A DNA stretch of 64,000 nucleotides. It comes from Cyanophora paradoxa CCMP329 (lineage: Eukaryota; Plantae; Glaucophyta). The notes below the pieces were generated by a model that did not search any database, had not been told where the DNA came from, and saw nothing but the letters and a program-made list of their open reading frames with translations. Numbering within the stretch: position 1 is the first letter of the stretch; each line of letters begins with the position of its first letter. Shown here piece after piece: positions 34,243 through 47,266 of the stretch. The position numbers and the translations under genes were made by a program. The DNA lies in assembly GCA_004431415.1 (NCBI GenBank), contig QPMI01000258.1, forward strand, positions 1 through 64,000. Reading direction: 5' to 3'.

Positions 34243-36629
34243 CTAAAACCGCGGGGAGCGCGAGAAGACGGCGGCGGCAAGGAGCGCGGGGAGGAGGGCG
34301 AGGAGGAGGGACGGGGCGGGGGCGGCGGGGGCGGCGGAGGCGGTGCCGGCGCCGCCGGTGGAGCCGCCGCGGACGACGAGGCGGGCGGCGGGGAACTCGC
34401 GGTAGGAGTCGGCGGCGGCGCGGCAGGCGGCGTCGCAGGCGGCGGCCCCCTCGAAGGACTCCTGCGCGCCGAGGAAGAGCAGCGCCCCCGTCGGCACGTG
34501 CCGCAGCGCGTACAGGAACGGCCTGCCCGGGGCCCTCGAGCTCAGCGCGGGGCCCGCCACGGGGAGGAGGGGCGGGGCGCGGGCACCGGTCGACGTGGAC
34601 CTCGCTGGGCGGCTCGCCCCCGGGGCGCTCGTGACGCCCGCCACGACCGCCGTCGCCGCCGCTGCCGGCGCGCGCCGCGTGAGGGGGGGCGCCGGCGCGC
34701 CGGCGCGGAGCGCGATGGGGCGGGAGGGTCTTGGAGGGGGCACCGGCCTCGACGCCGTCCTCGTTGACGTCGATGTAGGCCTTGTGGGCGGCGTCGGTGA
34801 TGTAGAGGCGCTCCCCGGCGAGCGCGGCGGCGTCGGCCATGCCCGTGAGGTCGGCGCGCTCGGGGGAGAAGGCGTCTGTGATCCCCAGCGCCTTCATCAC
34901 CCGCGCCAGCTCCGTCGTCACCTCCGTCTTCCTGCCCCCGCCCCGCACCCTCGCCATCCCTTCCCCCCTGCCTCGGCGGGGCGGGGCGGGGTGGGGCGGA
35001 CCACTTGGGGAGGAAGACGGTGAAGCGGGTGCCGTAGGAGATGCCGGCGGCGAGCTCGGCGAGCTTGGCGGTGAAGCTGCCGGCCTTGTCGGCGGCCGCG
35101 AGGCGCTGCAGGACGGCCGCCAGCGTCGTCGTCCGCGAGGGCACCAGCGCGATCATCGACACCTGCGGCCTGCCCCGCCCCGCCCCCTCCCGTCTCCTCC
35201 CGCCAGGGCGCGGCGGCGCGGGGCTCGAGCGCACGTCGAGGTCCCGGTGGGCCTGGGGGCCGGGGCGGGGCGCGCGTCGGGCCACAGGGCGGCGGCGGCG
35301 GCGGGGCGGGTGCGGGCACCGGAAGGGAAGCTCGATGAGCTCAGCGCCGTAGTCCGTCAGCGCGCTGCGGGCGGGGCGCCTGAGCGAGCGCGGGGAGGCG
35401 GGGCGGGGCGGGGCGGGACCTGTAGCCGAAGGCGGCGGTCTGGCTCATGGTGTCGACCTGGACGGCGGAGGCGGCGGTGGCGCCCTCGCCGAAGAAGGGG
35501 CGCTTTGAAGTCGCGTACGCCTCGAACGTGTACTGCCTGCCGCCCCGCAGCGCTCGGCGGGGCCTCGGGCCCGGGGCGCGGCGGGGCGGGCGGGCGGGCG
35601 GGCGGACCACTTGCTCTTGAAGTAGAGGGCGTTCACGAGCACCAGCCGCGTCGCCTGCGTGATCTGCGCCCCGCACCCTCAGCGGCCCGCAGGGGGCGCG
35701 CGGGGCCGGCCGGGGCGGTGGGCGGGGCGCGCGCGCCGAGCCCTGCCCGAGGAGGTCTTTGATGAGGTTGTTCGTCTTGCCGGCGACCCAGTCGTTGATC
35801 TGCACCCGCGCCGCCTCCGGCTCCGTCGAGAAGTTCCTGCCGGCGGCGGGCGCACGCGCGAGGCCGGCCGGGCTCAGGGCGACAGAGGGCGGGGGCTGGG
35901 GAGGGAACGAAGCGGCGCGCACTTGTTCTCGGCGACGGCCTTGTAGGAGCTCTGAACGACGCCGAGGAAGGCGCTCTTCAGCTGCAGCGTCCGCTCGATG
36001 AAGACCGCGTCCGCGATCGAGAGCACGTTGTACGGCGCCGCCGTCTCCGTGTCCCCGGGCGCCTGAACGCTCCCCAGACCTGCGCGCCGGCCCGGCGTGA
36101 GGGGCCGGGCCGGGCGGCGAGCGCTTCTCATAGCCTAGCAGGTCTCGAGGATAATGGCCATGGCAGGACGCACAGTCGATGAGGTTCGAGGCGGCCGTCT
36201 GCCGCGCGGAGTCCGCGAGCGACTGCAGCGCAAGCGCCGCCAGAAACTGCGTTTTCGTGTTCGCCATGGCGCCCTCGGCTGTCATGCTCAGACCTAACGT
36301 GTTGGCGGCGGTCCGTGTTGGCGTAATTTTTCGTGTTGGCGGGTCAACGCAGCGACACATGCGCACATAGCGAAATGCTCAGTGGGCTGACGATGTAATT
36401 CTTGGTGTTGGCGTCTTTCTGCGCGTAGAGGGAGCTCGAGAAAGCATTTATGCTCGTTGCAAAGGGAAGTCCGGCTGCGCCGCCTCAGCGCCAGCGGCGC
36501 GGCTCGGCTCGGCATCGGCTCACCCTGACATTGAGCGGAAAGCGTGGCCGCGCCGTACGCCGACGTCAAGGCGACGAGAACAAGCAAGACGCTCAGCGCC
36601 GACGTCGACGCGAGGAGAGCCCGCGCCAT
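34243..36629 (-). CDS. Secreted serpin with C-terminal hydrophobic (GPI/TM-like) tail, multi-exon
   Basis: Signal peptide MARALLASTSALSVLLVLVALTSAYG; INDWVAGKTNNLIKDLL; LVNALYFKSKW; VFLPKW; HKAYIDVNEDGVEAAAAT hinge; DRPFLYALRHVPTGALLFLG. Confidence 0.93.
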
Positions 36630-37038
36630 TGTCCTAGATCCGAGTGGGGAGCACTGGCAAGTCGGCGGAGACCCAGATCACCTCCGAGCGAGCACGTGTT
36701 GCGATCGCCGCGCAGTCGGAGGTGATCGACGAAACTTCAGCCTTCAATTGCAACCGATGATGAGCGGTGGCCGCTTCGTCGAGTCAAACGAATGTGCCGA
36801 AAGGGGGGTACTTGTGCAATTTGTTTTTTACCGCAGTCGGGCCCAACCCTCGACCGAGTCGGCCACAGCGCCTCGCCTCTCTCCCATTCCACTAGGCTAA
36901 ATAGCTAGCTAGCTAGCACGCCAGCGCCGATTGGCCCAGCGCGAGGAGATGCCGAGCCGCGCTCGGGCGTGCTCGCTCCAGCTACGATATCGAAGCCGGT
37001 AGACTACTGGCATTGGGCGATTATTATAAGCTACGCAG

Positions 37039-40000
37039 ATGTCGACCTTGGCGGACTTCGTGGTCGAGGCCCGTTTGGTTTCTTGGCCGTCGAGGCATCT
37101 GCTGGGGTCGCTGATGCTTTCTGCAGGCTCGGCTGGGGCATGGCGCTTCTGGCGTCGTGTATCGTGTCCGCCGGCGAGGTTCGAGAACCGAGGCCGGCTC
37201 CGTGCGGCTGCTGATGCGTGCGCAGCCGACAACATGGCGTACTGCCTCAAACAGATCAGCCTGTTGAATGCGGACCACGACGGCATAGACGCTACGCTCA
37301 AGGAGGTCGAGCTCCTCTCCTCCCTGAACAGCCCGTTCATCCTCTCCTACCGAGTGCGCTATCCTTAGCTAAGCTATCTCGTTCAATCACTGACTCCGCG
37401 CTTGCCTCACAGGACTCGGTTCGCGCGCCGCATGAGCCGCGCGCCGCGCGCCGGGCCGAGCAGTGCCTCTGTTGCGCAGTTCATCGACGGCGACTGCCTG
37501 AACATCATCACCGAACTCGCCAGCGAGTCTCTAGAGGATTTCCTCTCCCGCAGGGTCCGCCTGGCCCGGAGCGAGCTTGTTTCCTCGCCCGCTTTCTGGC
37601 GCCGAGGCCTGCCGCCGCAGAAAGAGGAGAGGGTGCCGCTGACGGAAGAGGAGGTCCTTCGTATCGCCTGCCAATGCACCCGGGGCCTCGCCGGTGCGCA
37701 GGAAAAGGCGGGGAAAAGAAAGTATCCGCACCGCGCCGCTGACGGGCGCCCCGGGCCGCCGCGGGCCGGCCGCAGACCTCCACGAGGCGCACATCCTCCA
37801 CAGGGTCCGCCCGCCGCCGTCGCCGCCGCGCCGCAAGGGTGCCGCCGCGCTCCCCGGGCTGAGCGGGGGGCGGGGCAGGACATCAAGGCCTCGAACCTGC
37901 TGCTGGACCACAACGGCAACGTCAAGGTGCCGCCCCGCCGCCCCGCCATCCTGCCTCCCCGCATTGTCCTCCCGCCCACGGAGCGCTCCCGGGCCAGATC
38001 GGGGACCTCGGCGTGGCGAAGCTGCTCTCCGAGTCGATGCGGTGCGCGCGGACGACGGTGGGGACGCCGTACGCGTTCAGCCCGGAGCTCGTCGAGGAGA
38101 AGCCGTACGACGAGAAGAGCGACATCTGGGCCCTCGGCACCTGCCTCTACCAGGCGCGACCCGCCCGCCGCCCTGCGCGCTCCTCTCCTTGCCCGCCTCC
38201 GCGCCCTGAGCGGGGGGCGGGGCCGCGCGCAGATGTGCACCTTCCGGCACCCCTTCGAGGCTTCGAACCAGGCGGCGCTGCTGGTGAAGATCCTGCGGGG
38301 CCAGTACGCGCCGGTGCCCGCCGAGGCGTACAGCCCGGCGCTGCGGCGCCTGGTGGAGCGCTGCCTCACGCGGGAGCCCCGCGAGCGGCCCTCGGCCGCC
38401 GAGCTCCTCGCCTCAGCGCCCCTCGCCCCCAAGGCCCGCGAGCTCGGCATCCCCATCCCCGCCCCGGGCCCCCCCGCCCCGGCCCCGCGCCGCAAGATCC
38501 TCGCCCCCGCCGCCCCGCCCCTCGAGGCGGCCGGCTCGGGGCAGAGCGTCGAGGCGCTGCTCTCGCGGCTCACGGGGGAGAGCGCGGGGGCGGGGCGCGT
38601 GAGCCCGACGCCCCGCGCCCCGCCGGCGCCGCGCCTCTCCTACCACGAGAGCCCCTCCCCGTCGGGCATGCCCCTGCGCGCCCAGAACCGCCTCTCGCCG
38701 GGGCACGCCGGCTCGCCCCTCCCCGGCCACGTCGGGGGCCGCCTCTCCCTGGGCCCCACCGGCACGCCCCCGCCCTCCATCCTGCCCCTCTCCCTCGACG
38801 CCCCCTCCCCGCTCTACCCCTCCGCCCTCTCCCCCGGCCCGCCCTCCTCCGCCGCCGGCGGGCTCTCCCCGTCCTCCCAGCTCATCTTCTCGCGGTACCC
38901 GGGCCCCGAGGAGCTGGGCGCGCCGCCCGGGGAGGCGGGGGCCGGCGGGGGCATGCCGCCGCTCCCGCAGGGGCCCGGCGGGGGCTCCTCCTTCCGCAAC
39001 CGCCGCCGCTCGGGGATCGAGGAGCGCAACTTCGAGCTGCCGCCGGCCCCAGGGCGCCAGCAGTCGCCGCCCCGGCACCCCCCGCCCCACCCGCCGCCGC
39101 ACCCGCCGGCGTACCCCCCGCACCCGCACAGCTACGGGGCGGCGGACGGGGACGTGCTGGGGGGGCCGGGGGCCGGCGGACCTCCGGGGCCCTTCCGGTC
39201 GCGGGGCGGGCGGGTGTACAGCGAGAGCAGCTCGCCGGCCAACTCGGACAGCGAGGGCGGCGCCCGCCCCGGCCTCCACGCCCGCTCCCTCCGCGGCCCC
39301 GCCCCGCCCCGCCCCGCGCCGTCCACTTCGACGCCGCGCCCCCGCCCGCCGGCCTCGAGAACCTCTCCCTCTCGGCCCGAGCCCTCTACGAGGAGCGGGA
39401 GGAGGCGGGGGCTGGCGGCGCGCACCCGCACCCGCCCGCGCGCCGCCCCTCAACGCCCGCTCCCGCTCCATGCCGGCCGCCCCGCCCTCGCCGACCCCGT
39501 CGAGCGGCCCGCCCTCCCGACTACCAGACCCGCGTCGTGCGCTCTGCCTCGCGCCCCCGCCCCGGCCGCCCCTCACGCCCGCCGCAGAAGCAGAGCGCGG
39601 CCGGGCGGGCGGTGCCTCTAGGAGGCGAGCGGGGCGAGGGGGAGGCCGGGGCCCGCGGCGGGGGCGGGGCGGGTGGGCGGGGGCGACTCGACGGGGACGC
39701 TGCACGAGGCGGCGGGATCGACGGGCAAGAGCCTGCCCGACGCCTCGGGCGGCCCAAGCCCTCCGCCCCGCAGGGCCGGCCCGCCGCCGCTCCACCGCCG
39801 CCCACCCCGCCCCTCCGACCCCGCCCCGGATGGCGCCCCGCCCCGCGCCGCCCCGCGCCCCGGGCGAGGCGGGGCGGGGTCCGGGGCGGGGCGGGGCGGC
39901 GCGGCGGGCGGAGGGGAGCTCGGCGAGCCTCTCGGCGTACACGTCGCCGGCGGCCTCGCCGCAGCGGCGGCGCGCGGGGGTCTCCCCGGGGCCTCCCGCC

Positions 40001-40818
40001 CCCGCTCCCCCGTGACCGACGGCGAGCACGAGGAGGCGCCGCGCGAGCTCTTCGGCGCCAGCCGCGCCTCCCTGCCCCCTCCACCTCGGGCCGCGGCGCC
40101 CGCCTCTCCACCACGCCCCCGCCCCTCGCGCCCCCGGCCGAGGCCCTCTCGCCGGACCGGCGGCGGGGGCGGGGAGGGCGGGGAGGGCGCCCCGCGGCAC
40201 CGCCACCGCGTCTCCCTCGACCTCGACGCCGAGCAGCGCCTCGGCGCCGCCCGCGACGTCCGCCCCGCCCCGCCCCGCCCCGCGCCGCGCCGCGCCGCCT
40301 GATGCGCCGCGCCGCAGCTCGTGACGCGCTCCGTGGACGGCCGCCTCGCCCTCCACCCGCCCGCCTCCGGGCGCACCTCCCCGGCCCCCGCCGCCCTCGC
40401 CGGCCCCCCGCCCCGCCCCCCGCCCCGCCGGCCCCGTCCCCCAGCCGACCGGGCGCTCGGGGCCCGGAGGGGGCGGGGCGGGCGGCTGGAGGCGCTGCGG
40501 GGCGGCTCGCGGCCTCAGTCGCTGGAGGAGCTGGCGGGGGCGCGGGGCCAGGAGGAGCGCCCCGAGCGCCCCCGCCCCCTCCGCTCCTCCTCCTTCCGCC
40601 AGGAGGCCCCCGAGCCGCCCCCGGGGCCGCCGCCGGGGCAGGGGTACGGGGCGGGGGCGGGGCGGGTGCGGGCGCCGCTGCAGGTGCCGGAGACGATGGA
40701 GCTGGGGGCGGAGCTGGTGGGGGAGTGGCTGGCCGCCCCCTCGCCCACCTTCGCCGCCCTCCTCTCCGAGCAGTTCGGCCCCCGCGCCGCCCCCGCCCCG
40801 CACCCCCTCCCCGGCTGA
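37039..40818 (+). CDS. NEK: NIMA-related (NEK) Ser/Thr kinase with long Pro/Ser-rich tail, multi-exon
   Basis: RLGHGASGVVYRV, YCLKQI, ILHR/DIKASNLLL, IGDLGVAKLL, VGTPYAFSPE, PYDEKSDIWALG, HPFEASNQAALLVKILRGQY. Confidence 0.92.
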
Positions 40819-40998
40819 GGCGACCCCCGCCCCCCGCCCCGCACTCTCCCGCATACCTGATACCGTGTACGCCCCGGCGCTCGATATAAGTAACTGCGCC
40901 CCGCGAGACCGCGAGACGCGTGCAGGGCGGGGCAGCGGGGTGCGGTGTGGGGTCGATTGGGGGCACACGGGGGTGCTGGGGGCGGGGGGCGGGGCGGG

Positions 40999-42982
40999 TC
41001 ATGCGGTGTGGTGGGAGGCCTCGGAGAGGCGGGCCTCGGAGCGGGTGAGGAAGTAGTCCCAGGTGTCCATGAAGAGCTCGGGCTCCTCGAGGTGCGCCAT
41101 GTGCGCCGAGTCGTCGAAGACGACCCACTCGGCGTCGCGCATCTTCCCCTCCATCTCCTCCATGATCTCGGGGACGACCTCGTCGTGCTGCCCCGAGCAC
41201 AGCAGCGTCGCCACCTCCACCTCCCCCAGCCGGTCCGCCACCGTCCAGTCCCGCACCCGCCCCACCCCGCGGAAGAGCCGCGACGCCCGCTGGTACGCCT
41301 CCCGCAGCGGCTCCGGCCACGGCTTCAGGCGGCACAGGAAGTTGTTGTTGAACTCCTCCATCGCCCGCAGGTACTCCGCGTTCCGCGGGTCGTTGTGCTC
41401 TGCAGCGCCCCGCGTCAGGCCGGGCCGGCGGGGCGGCACGCGCGCGCGGAGCAGGGCGGGGCGGGGCCGCACCGGAGAAGCTCTTGAGGGCCTGCTGCGA
41501 CTCCGGGGAGAGCTGCGTGACGAGGCTGTTGACGGCGGCCATGAAGACGGCGATAGAGGGCGGCGTGCTCTCCAGCGTCAGCGACACCACCCCGGGGTTC
41601 TGCTCCAGCACTGCCGCCCCCGCCCCGGCTCGGACCCCGCGCGGGCGGGGCGCGCGGCCGGGGCCGGACCGTGCTCGAGGGCGATGGCGCCTCCCCAGGA
41701 CTGCCCGAAGAGGTGGCACTTGAAGAGCTTCAGCTCCTGCCGCACGAACTGCCCCGCCCGCTCGCCGGCCGGCCTTCCGCCGGGAAAGGCGGGGGCGGGA
41801 AGGGCGCACCCGGACTTGCTCGCGGAAGATCTCCATGCCGCCCTCCTCGATCATCTGCAGCACCTTCGGGTCCTCGTCGCTCGACGAGCGCCCGCAGCCG
41901 AGCTGGTCGAAGAACACGACCCTGCGCCGCCCCCGTCAGCGATACCGCCCGAGCGGCGCGCCGCTCGTTTGGCTCACCTGCGCCCGCGCTTCGCCATCTC
42001 CCCGAGCGGGAAGAGGTAGTCGCTAGGCACGCCCGGGCCTGCGCGGGGCGCAATCAACCGGCAACGCAGAGCCGAAGGTGTGCAGTGCACGCACCGCCGT
42101 GCATGCAGAGAATGGGAGCTTTTCCGAAGCCGTCCTCGGAGCCCTCGATCCTGTACCAGATCTGCTGCCCGCGGAACTGAAGAGGCGAGCGCTTGTCAGA
42201 CGCGTGAGCAGCGCGTGCCGGGGCGCCGGTGCGCACGTTGAGGAAGCCCTCCGAGCGGCCATCGTCCTGCTTCGCCTGTACGCGAGCTCAGGAGGCTGCA
42301 ACTCGGGATGCAAACACACACTCGACGCACCGGCACGGAGCGCGGGTTGTCGAAGCGCGAGCGGCGGCGCCGGCGAGGCTCGCCGTATGCGCTCCGATCG
42401 TCTTCATACTGGCTATAGCCCGTGCGGCGACCGGGAGGCCGGCCACGCTGCCCGCGGGGCTCGCGACCGCCACGGCTAGATGTGGCTGCCCCGCGCCGCG
42501 GGCGGGCAGGTGCGTCGAAATCCGGGATGTCGTGACGCTCGAATACGTCGTCCTGGGAGGGACGCGCGAACGGGTCGTCCCGCCGGTCCAGGGGCTCGTC
42601 GTCGTCCAAGAACGTGGTCGGGAGAGTGTAATCCTCGTCCAGGGCCGGGTCGCCGAAGCTTACTGGCTCTGGAGACAAGGAGTATGCCGTGTTGGGGTCA
42701 TCGTCGTCCGCAGCTGCGCGAAATGGCCCCGATCAGAAAGTCGCGTACACGACCTGGGACTCACAGACCTGTCCGGCGCCCCGCCGCGACTATTTCGAAT
42801 GTAGCGGGTGCGGGAGTTGCCCCGAACGAGGCCCCAGCTCGAAGAGATTCGCGCACATAGAATCTGCGGGCACCGATCGCGTCCGCCTTCACCACAGGTG
42901 CCTTGCTGATACAGGACAAGTGGCGGGGGAGCGAGGGCGGGGCTCTAAGCCCGCAGGGGGCCGCGATAGCCGCCGCGAACAT
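40999..42982 (-). CDS. Proline iminopeptidase / proline-specific peptidase (alpha/beta hydrolase, S33) with plastid-type presequence and acidic/Arg-rich N-extension
   Basis: IWYRIEG, LCMHGGPG, FFDQLGCGRS, nucleophile GQSWGG, GQHDEV, SAHMAHLEEP. Upstream exons splice in frame to MFAAAIAAP (ATG 42980-42982); the start is less certain than the domain. Confidence 0.85.
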
Positions 42983-43009
42983 CTTTGGGGAGGGGGTACA
43001 CGTCGAAAA

Positions 43010-44111
43010 ATGTCCGACCTCGCGTTCCTGGCACCGGCGCCGGCCGCCGGGGTGGAGTCGCATGCCTGCGTAGTTGCTAGCTCTAGCACAGCCGTAATTC
43101 GGCCTCCCAGGCGGATCGCCCGCTCCGACACGCCGCTGTGCACTCCGCGGCCGCACCGCGAGTTCCTCGGCACAGCTGTGACCTTCCAGGTTAGAACCGC
43201 ACTGCGTCCTGCCCGCGCGCCCTCCACCGTGAAGGATCGTCCTCAGCAGGCACGTCAGCCAGCGCGCGCCGCGCCGGTTCAGACCGTCGCGCTGTTCGGC
43301 GGCGACGACGATGCAAAGGAGGTTGAGACCCGCGACGGAGATTGCGTGTTGAAGCTGGAGCGGTTCGGCTGGCGGCAGCGGTGTGCGGCTGATAGCGCGC
43401 ACGCGCGGTGGCCTGGCGCTCACGGGGCGGCACGCAGGCGCATCTCGGGCTCCGTTCTGATCGGGGCGCCGCGCGAGCACGTGTGGGAGCTGCTCACGGC
43501 GTACGACAAGCTCTCCGACTTCATCCCGAACCTGGCGGAGAGCCGGATCCTCGACCACCCCGACGGCGGCATCCGCATGGAACAGGTGCGGTGCTCGGAT
43601 GACATCGCGCGGCTTTGAGAGCGCGTCGCGAGTGGCTCACGGAGACCCGCAGATCGGGATCCTGTCGCGGAAGTTCCGCCTGACGGTCAGCATCGTCATG
43701 GACGTAGAGGAGAGCTACCCCAGCAAGATCGACTTCACCATGGTGCGCGGCGCTCTCCCTGTCTCCAGGCGCCGCCCTCTTCGCCTTCAGAGCTCAAGGC
43801 GGGGCGCCGGGCAGGTGAAGTGCCGGGACTTCAAGTCGTTCGTGGGGATCTGGACCTTCGAGGAGGTGAGCGGGGAGCGCCTGGCGGCGCTGCTGGCCGA
43901 GCGCGGGCTGCCGCCGCCGGACGCGTCGGCGAGCGAGCGGTGGACGGAGCTCGGCTACGTGCTCGACGTCGTGCCGCGGGGCTACTTCCCCATCCCCATC
44001 GTGGAGGCCAAGCTCATGAAGGACCTGCCCCGCAACCTCCGCTCCATCCGCGCCCGCGCCGAGCGCGACTTCGCCAGCCTCGCCGCCCCCGCCGCCGCTT
44101 CCTCCATCTAA
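43010..44111 (+). CDS. Polyketide cyclase/dehydrase (START/SRPBCC) domain protein, probably plastid-targeted
   Basis: MSDLAFLAPAP presequence; ISGSVLIGAPREHVWELLTAYDKLSDFIPNLAESRIL; DFKSFVGIW; TELGYVLDVVP; DLPRNLRSIR. Confidence 0.88.
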
Positions 44112-44407
44112 TTATAAGCCGCGCCGTTAGGTCTTAGATTCAGCGCGCCTGTCTGGCGCTGCATGTATCCTTTTATCACAAAAACCTGCATATTGCTCTG
44201 CCATTACATCGCGACGTACGTACTCGTCGCGCGCCGCGCCCGCGGTTCCCAGAGATCAAATCTGGTAAAATCTGATAACCGCCGAACTTCGGGGTGGCGC
44301 AACGGATGCGATCCGGTGCCGCTACGATGGCAGCAGGTCTCTGCAGCAGAACAAGCGCTTGATGGTCGGAGTATGATCCAGTCAGACGGGTACCGCTGGG
44401 CCGGGTC

Positions 44408-47017
44408 ATGATCACAGCGGCTTTGCCGGCTGTATGGGAGGCTGAAGATTCGCGTAAGATTAGCAAGAGCAGGCAAAGGCTTTCTGAGATGGACCAGCTC
44501 GATCAGTCGCTGGCGAGGACGAGGATCGGCCGCGGTGAGCTCGAGCTGTACATGTGACCGTCGGACTGCGCGTACGCATGCGCAGCCCGCTGATCGGCCG
44601 GAGCAGAATGCGCATTCTGCAAGTCTGAAGCGCAGTGCCCGGACTGTTTTGGCGCGTCGTCTAAGAAGGCACGGCAGAATCAGGCGGCGGCTCTGCTCGC
44701 CGAGCTCCAGGATGCCCCTGTTGAGCTGCAGACCGCGTGGATGCAGCGCTTCACAGCGGTTGAGCAACACTCCAGGCCGCTAATTGAGGCGCTCGGGGCG
44801 AGAGAACTCTCGCTGCTGATGTCGCGGGTCCGCGCCGGCACCCGATCGCGATCTGGGCTCGCTGTTTGACGGAGATGCGCAGCTAGTGGGCGTGTCCGAC
44901 CAGCGCGTGGCGACTTACGCGGCCGACGCTCTCAGTCGCCTTGTGTCCGACCGATCGTGGGGCCGCGTCGGCGCCTACGTGCGCTGAGCTGGTGCGCGCT
45001 GCGGACTCGCCGCAGCGCTGACGCGTACGTTTGCGTGTGCGGCCAGGCGCTCGAGCACACGGAGGTCCTGCAGAACATGGTGAAGTCGCTGCGCACGGGG
45101 GTGACGAAGGTGCGGGCCCGCCTCGCGCTCCAGGGGGCGCGCCGAGCGGGGGCGGGCAGCTGCGGCTGGAGTGCGTGATGCTGGCGCGGGCGCTGGCGTT
45201 CCGCACGGAGGTGGCCCTGGACGAGGCCCTCTACGCCTCTGGCCTCCTCGAGGCCCTCGCCGGGCAGCTCGCCCTCGGGCCCGACCGCCTCCTCGCCGAG
45301 CTCGACGGCGAGGGGGCCTTCCAGACCGTATTCTTCGGCCCGGCCTGCTCGGGCGCGGCTTTACGACGCTATGCTCCGCGGCTGACGGCGCGGCTGCACG
45401 AGGCGGCGGTGGAGGCGATCGCACAGGTCGTGCGCGTGGCCTGCACGGCCGGCGACCTGCGCGCCCGCATCGCCGCCCTCCCCGGCCTCGTCCCCGCCCT
45501 CCTCGAGGCCGCCGCGCGCCCCTGTCCCCAGGCCTACCCCGTGCGCCCCGCCGCCCGCCCCCGCACGGCCCCGCCGCCCGCCCCGCCGACGCGGGGCGCG
45601 CAGGAGGACCGCATCGGGCACGAGGCGGCGCAGGCGCTCCGCCTCCTGCTCGCCGCCCCGCCCTCGACCCCAGCGGCGGCCCGGGGCCCGCCCCGGCCCC
45701 CGCTGCTCGCGCCGGGCGGGCGGCGGCGGATGCTGGAGGCGGGGGAGGAGGGGCTGAGCGCGGGCCACGCGGCGGCGCGGGCGGCGCAGGCAGCGGTGCT
45801 GGCGGCGCGGGACGGGGCGGGGAGGGCGGGGGCGGAGGCCCTCGGGGCGGCTCTCGAGGGCCTCCTCACCGAGGACTGGCGCATGCGCATGCGCTATATG
45901 CTCCCCGCCCGCGAGTCCGCCCCCCGCCCCGGGGCCCGCCCTCCCCTCCGACGCGCCGCGCAGGATCTGCCTGGGCGCGGCGGACGGCCCGCAGCCCGAC
46001 GACATCTCTCAGGCGCTCGCTCTCGCCTCGCGCTCTAGCGCCCTATCGTACCCCCCTGACGTCGACGGCCGGCGTGCAGGCCATGGCGGCTCGCTCGGAG
46101 GTGCCGGCCTCGCCTCAGCGCGCGCCGGCGCCGCGCACGCGCCCGAGCGTGGGGGCGGGCGGCAGCAAGCGCGTGAGCTGGCGGGGTGCCTGGGGGCGCT
46201 GGCGGGGGTGCGGGAGCACGCGGGGCAGGCGCTGGGGCAGGGGCCGGTGCTGCGGCGGGCGCTGGCGATGTGCGCGGGGCCGGCCGCCGACCACCGCTTC
46301 AAGGAGGACCTCATGGAGGCCTCCCTCCAGGCGCCCCGCCCCGCCCCCCCGCCCCCTCCCCCGCCCCCCTCTCACTGCCCCCGCAGGTCCCCCTCGGCGA
46401 CGGCCGCGTGACCGGCTTCGCAGGCAGCCTTCTCCAAGGTGGGCTCTGCCCCCTGCCCCCTCCTTTCCACGCTGAGGAGCCGGGCGGGGGCAGAGTCGCT
46501 GGCGGCGCTGCAGCGGCTGGCGGGGGCCTTCCCCGGGCTGCTGGAGAAGCTGTACGAGGGGGACGCGGAGGGGGCGCGGGTGGCGCTGGCGGTGGCGGCG
46601 AAGCAGGCGGCGGTGCTGAAGGAGCGGGCCAACGAGGCCTTCGCGCGCAAGGAGCTCCTCCTGGCGGCGCAGCAGTACGCCCTCGCCCTCGCGGTGTGCC
46701 CCCCCGAGGCAAAGCGCCTCCTCGCCGCCTGCCTCGGCAACCTCGCCGAGTGCGAGCTCCTCCTCGGCGGTGCCCCTGCCCTCGCGCTCCCCCCCGCCGG
46801 CGCCTCCGCGCCCCTGCAGACCTCGAGCTCACGGCCCAGACCCGCAGGCCGCCGCCTGGAGATGGCGCTGCTGGCGGCGCGGGAGTCGCTGCGGCTCGCC
46901 GAGGCGGCCGGTGAGGCCGAGGGCACCGTGGCGACCAAGGCCAGGCTCCGCATCCGCCGCGCCGAGGAGGGCCTCGCCGCCCGCGCCGCCGCCGCCGCAC
47001 TCGGCGCCTTGGCGTAG
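44408..47017 (+). CDS. Helical-repeat protein with N-terminal CxxC-x5-CxxC and C-terminal TPR, multi-exon
   Basis: Spliced frame includes CAFCKSEAQCPDC, ARM-like helices, and LKERANEAFARKELLLAAQQYALAL...CLGNLAECEL (TPR); TAG 47015-47017. Confidence 0.65.
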
Positions 47018-47266
47018 CGTAGGACTGAAAAGACGCGCATAAGGGCAAACTCGAAGCTTGCGATGTAGGAGGGGGGCAGAAGGGGGGTACAGACTCTGAC
47101 TCGAAGTTCAACTCCGAAACCCACCAAGCACGCGGACGCGCAGCTTCCGACACGCGCGCGTATTAGCGAAAGCTAGCGCTGCAGCCGCGCGCGATGGACG
47201 CCTCGCGGAGGTGACCCCGGCTGGCCGCGCGCGAGGTCGCACACGCGGCCCTGCACGGCATCGCAA

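Noticed and set aside
29433-44111. Bacterial contamination or an HGT island (His kinase, serpin, peptidase, cyclase)
   Set aside because: All carry the same host-type introns and skew pattern as VPS35 and RagA. Ancient transfer cannot be judged without phylogeny.
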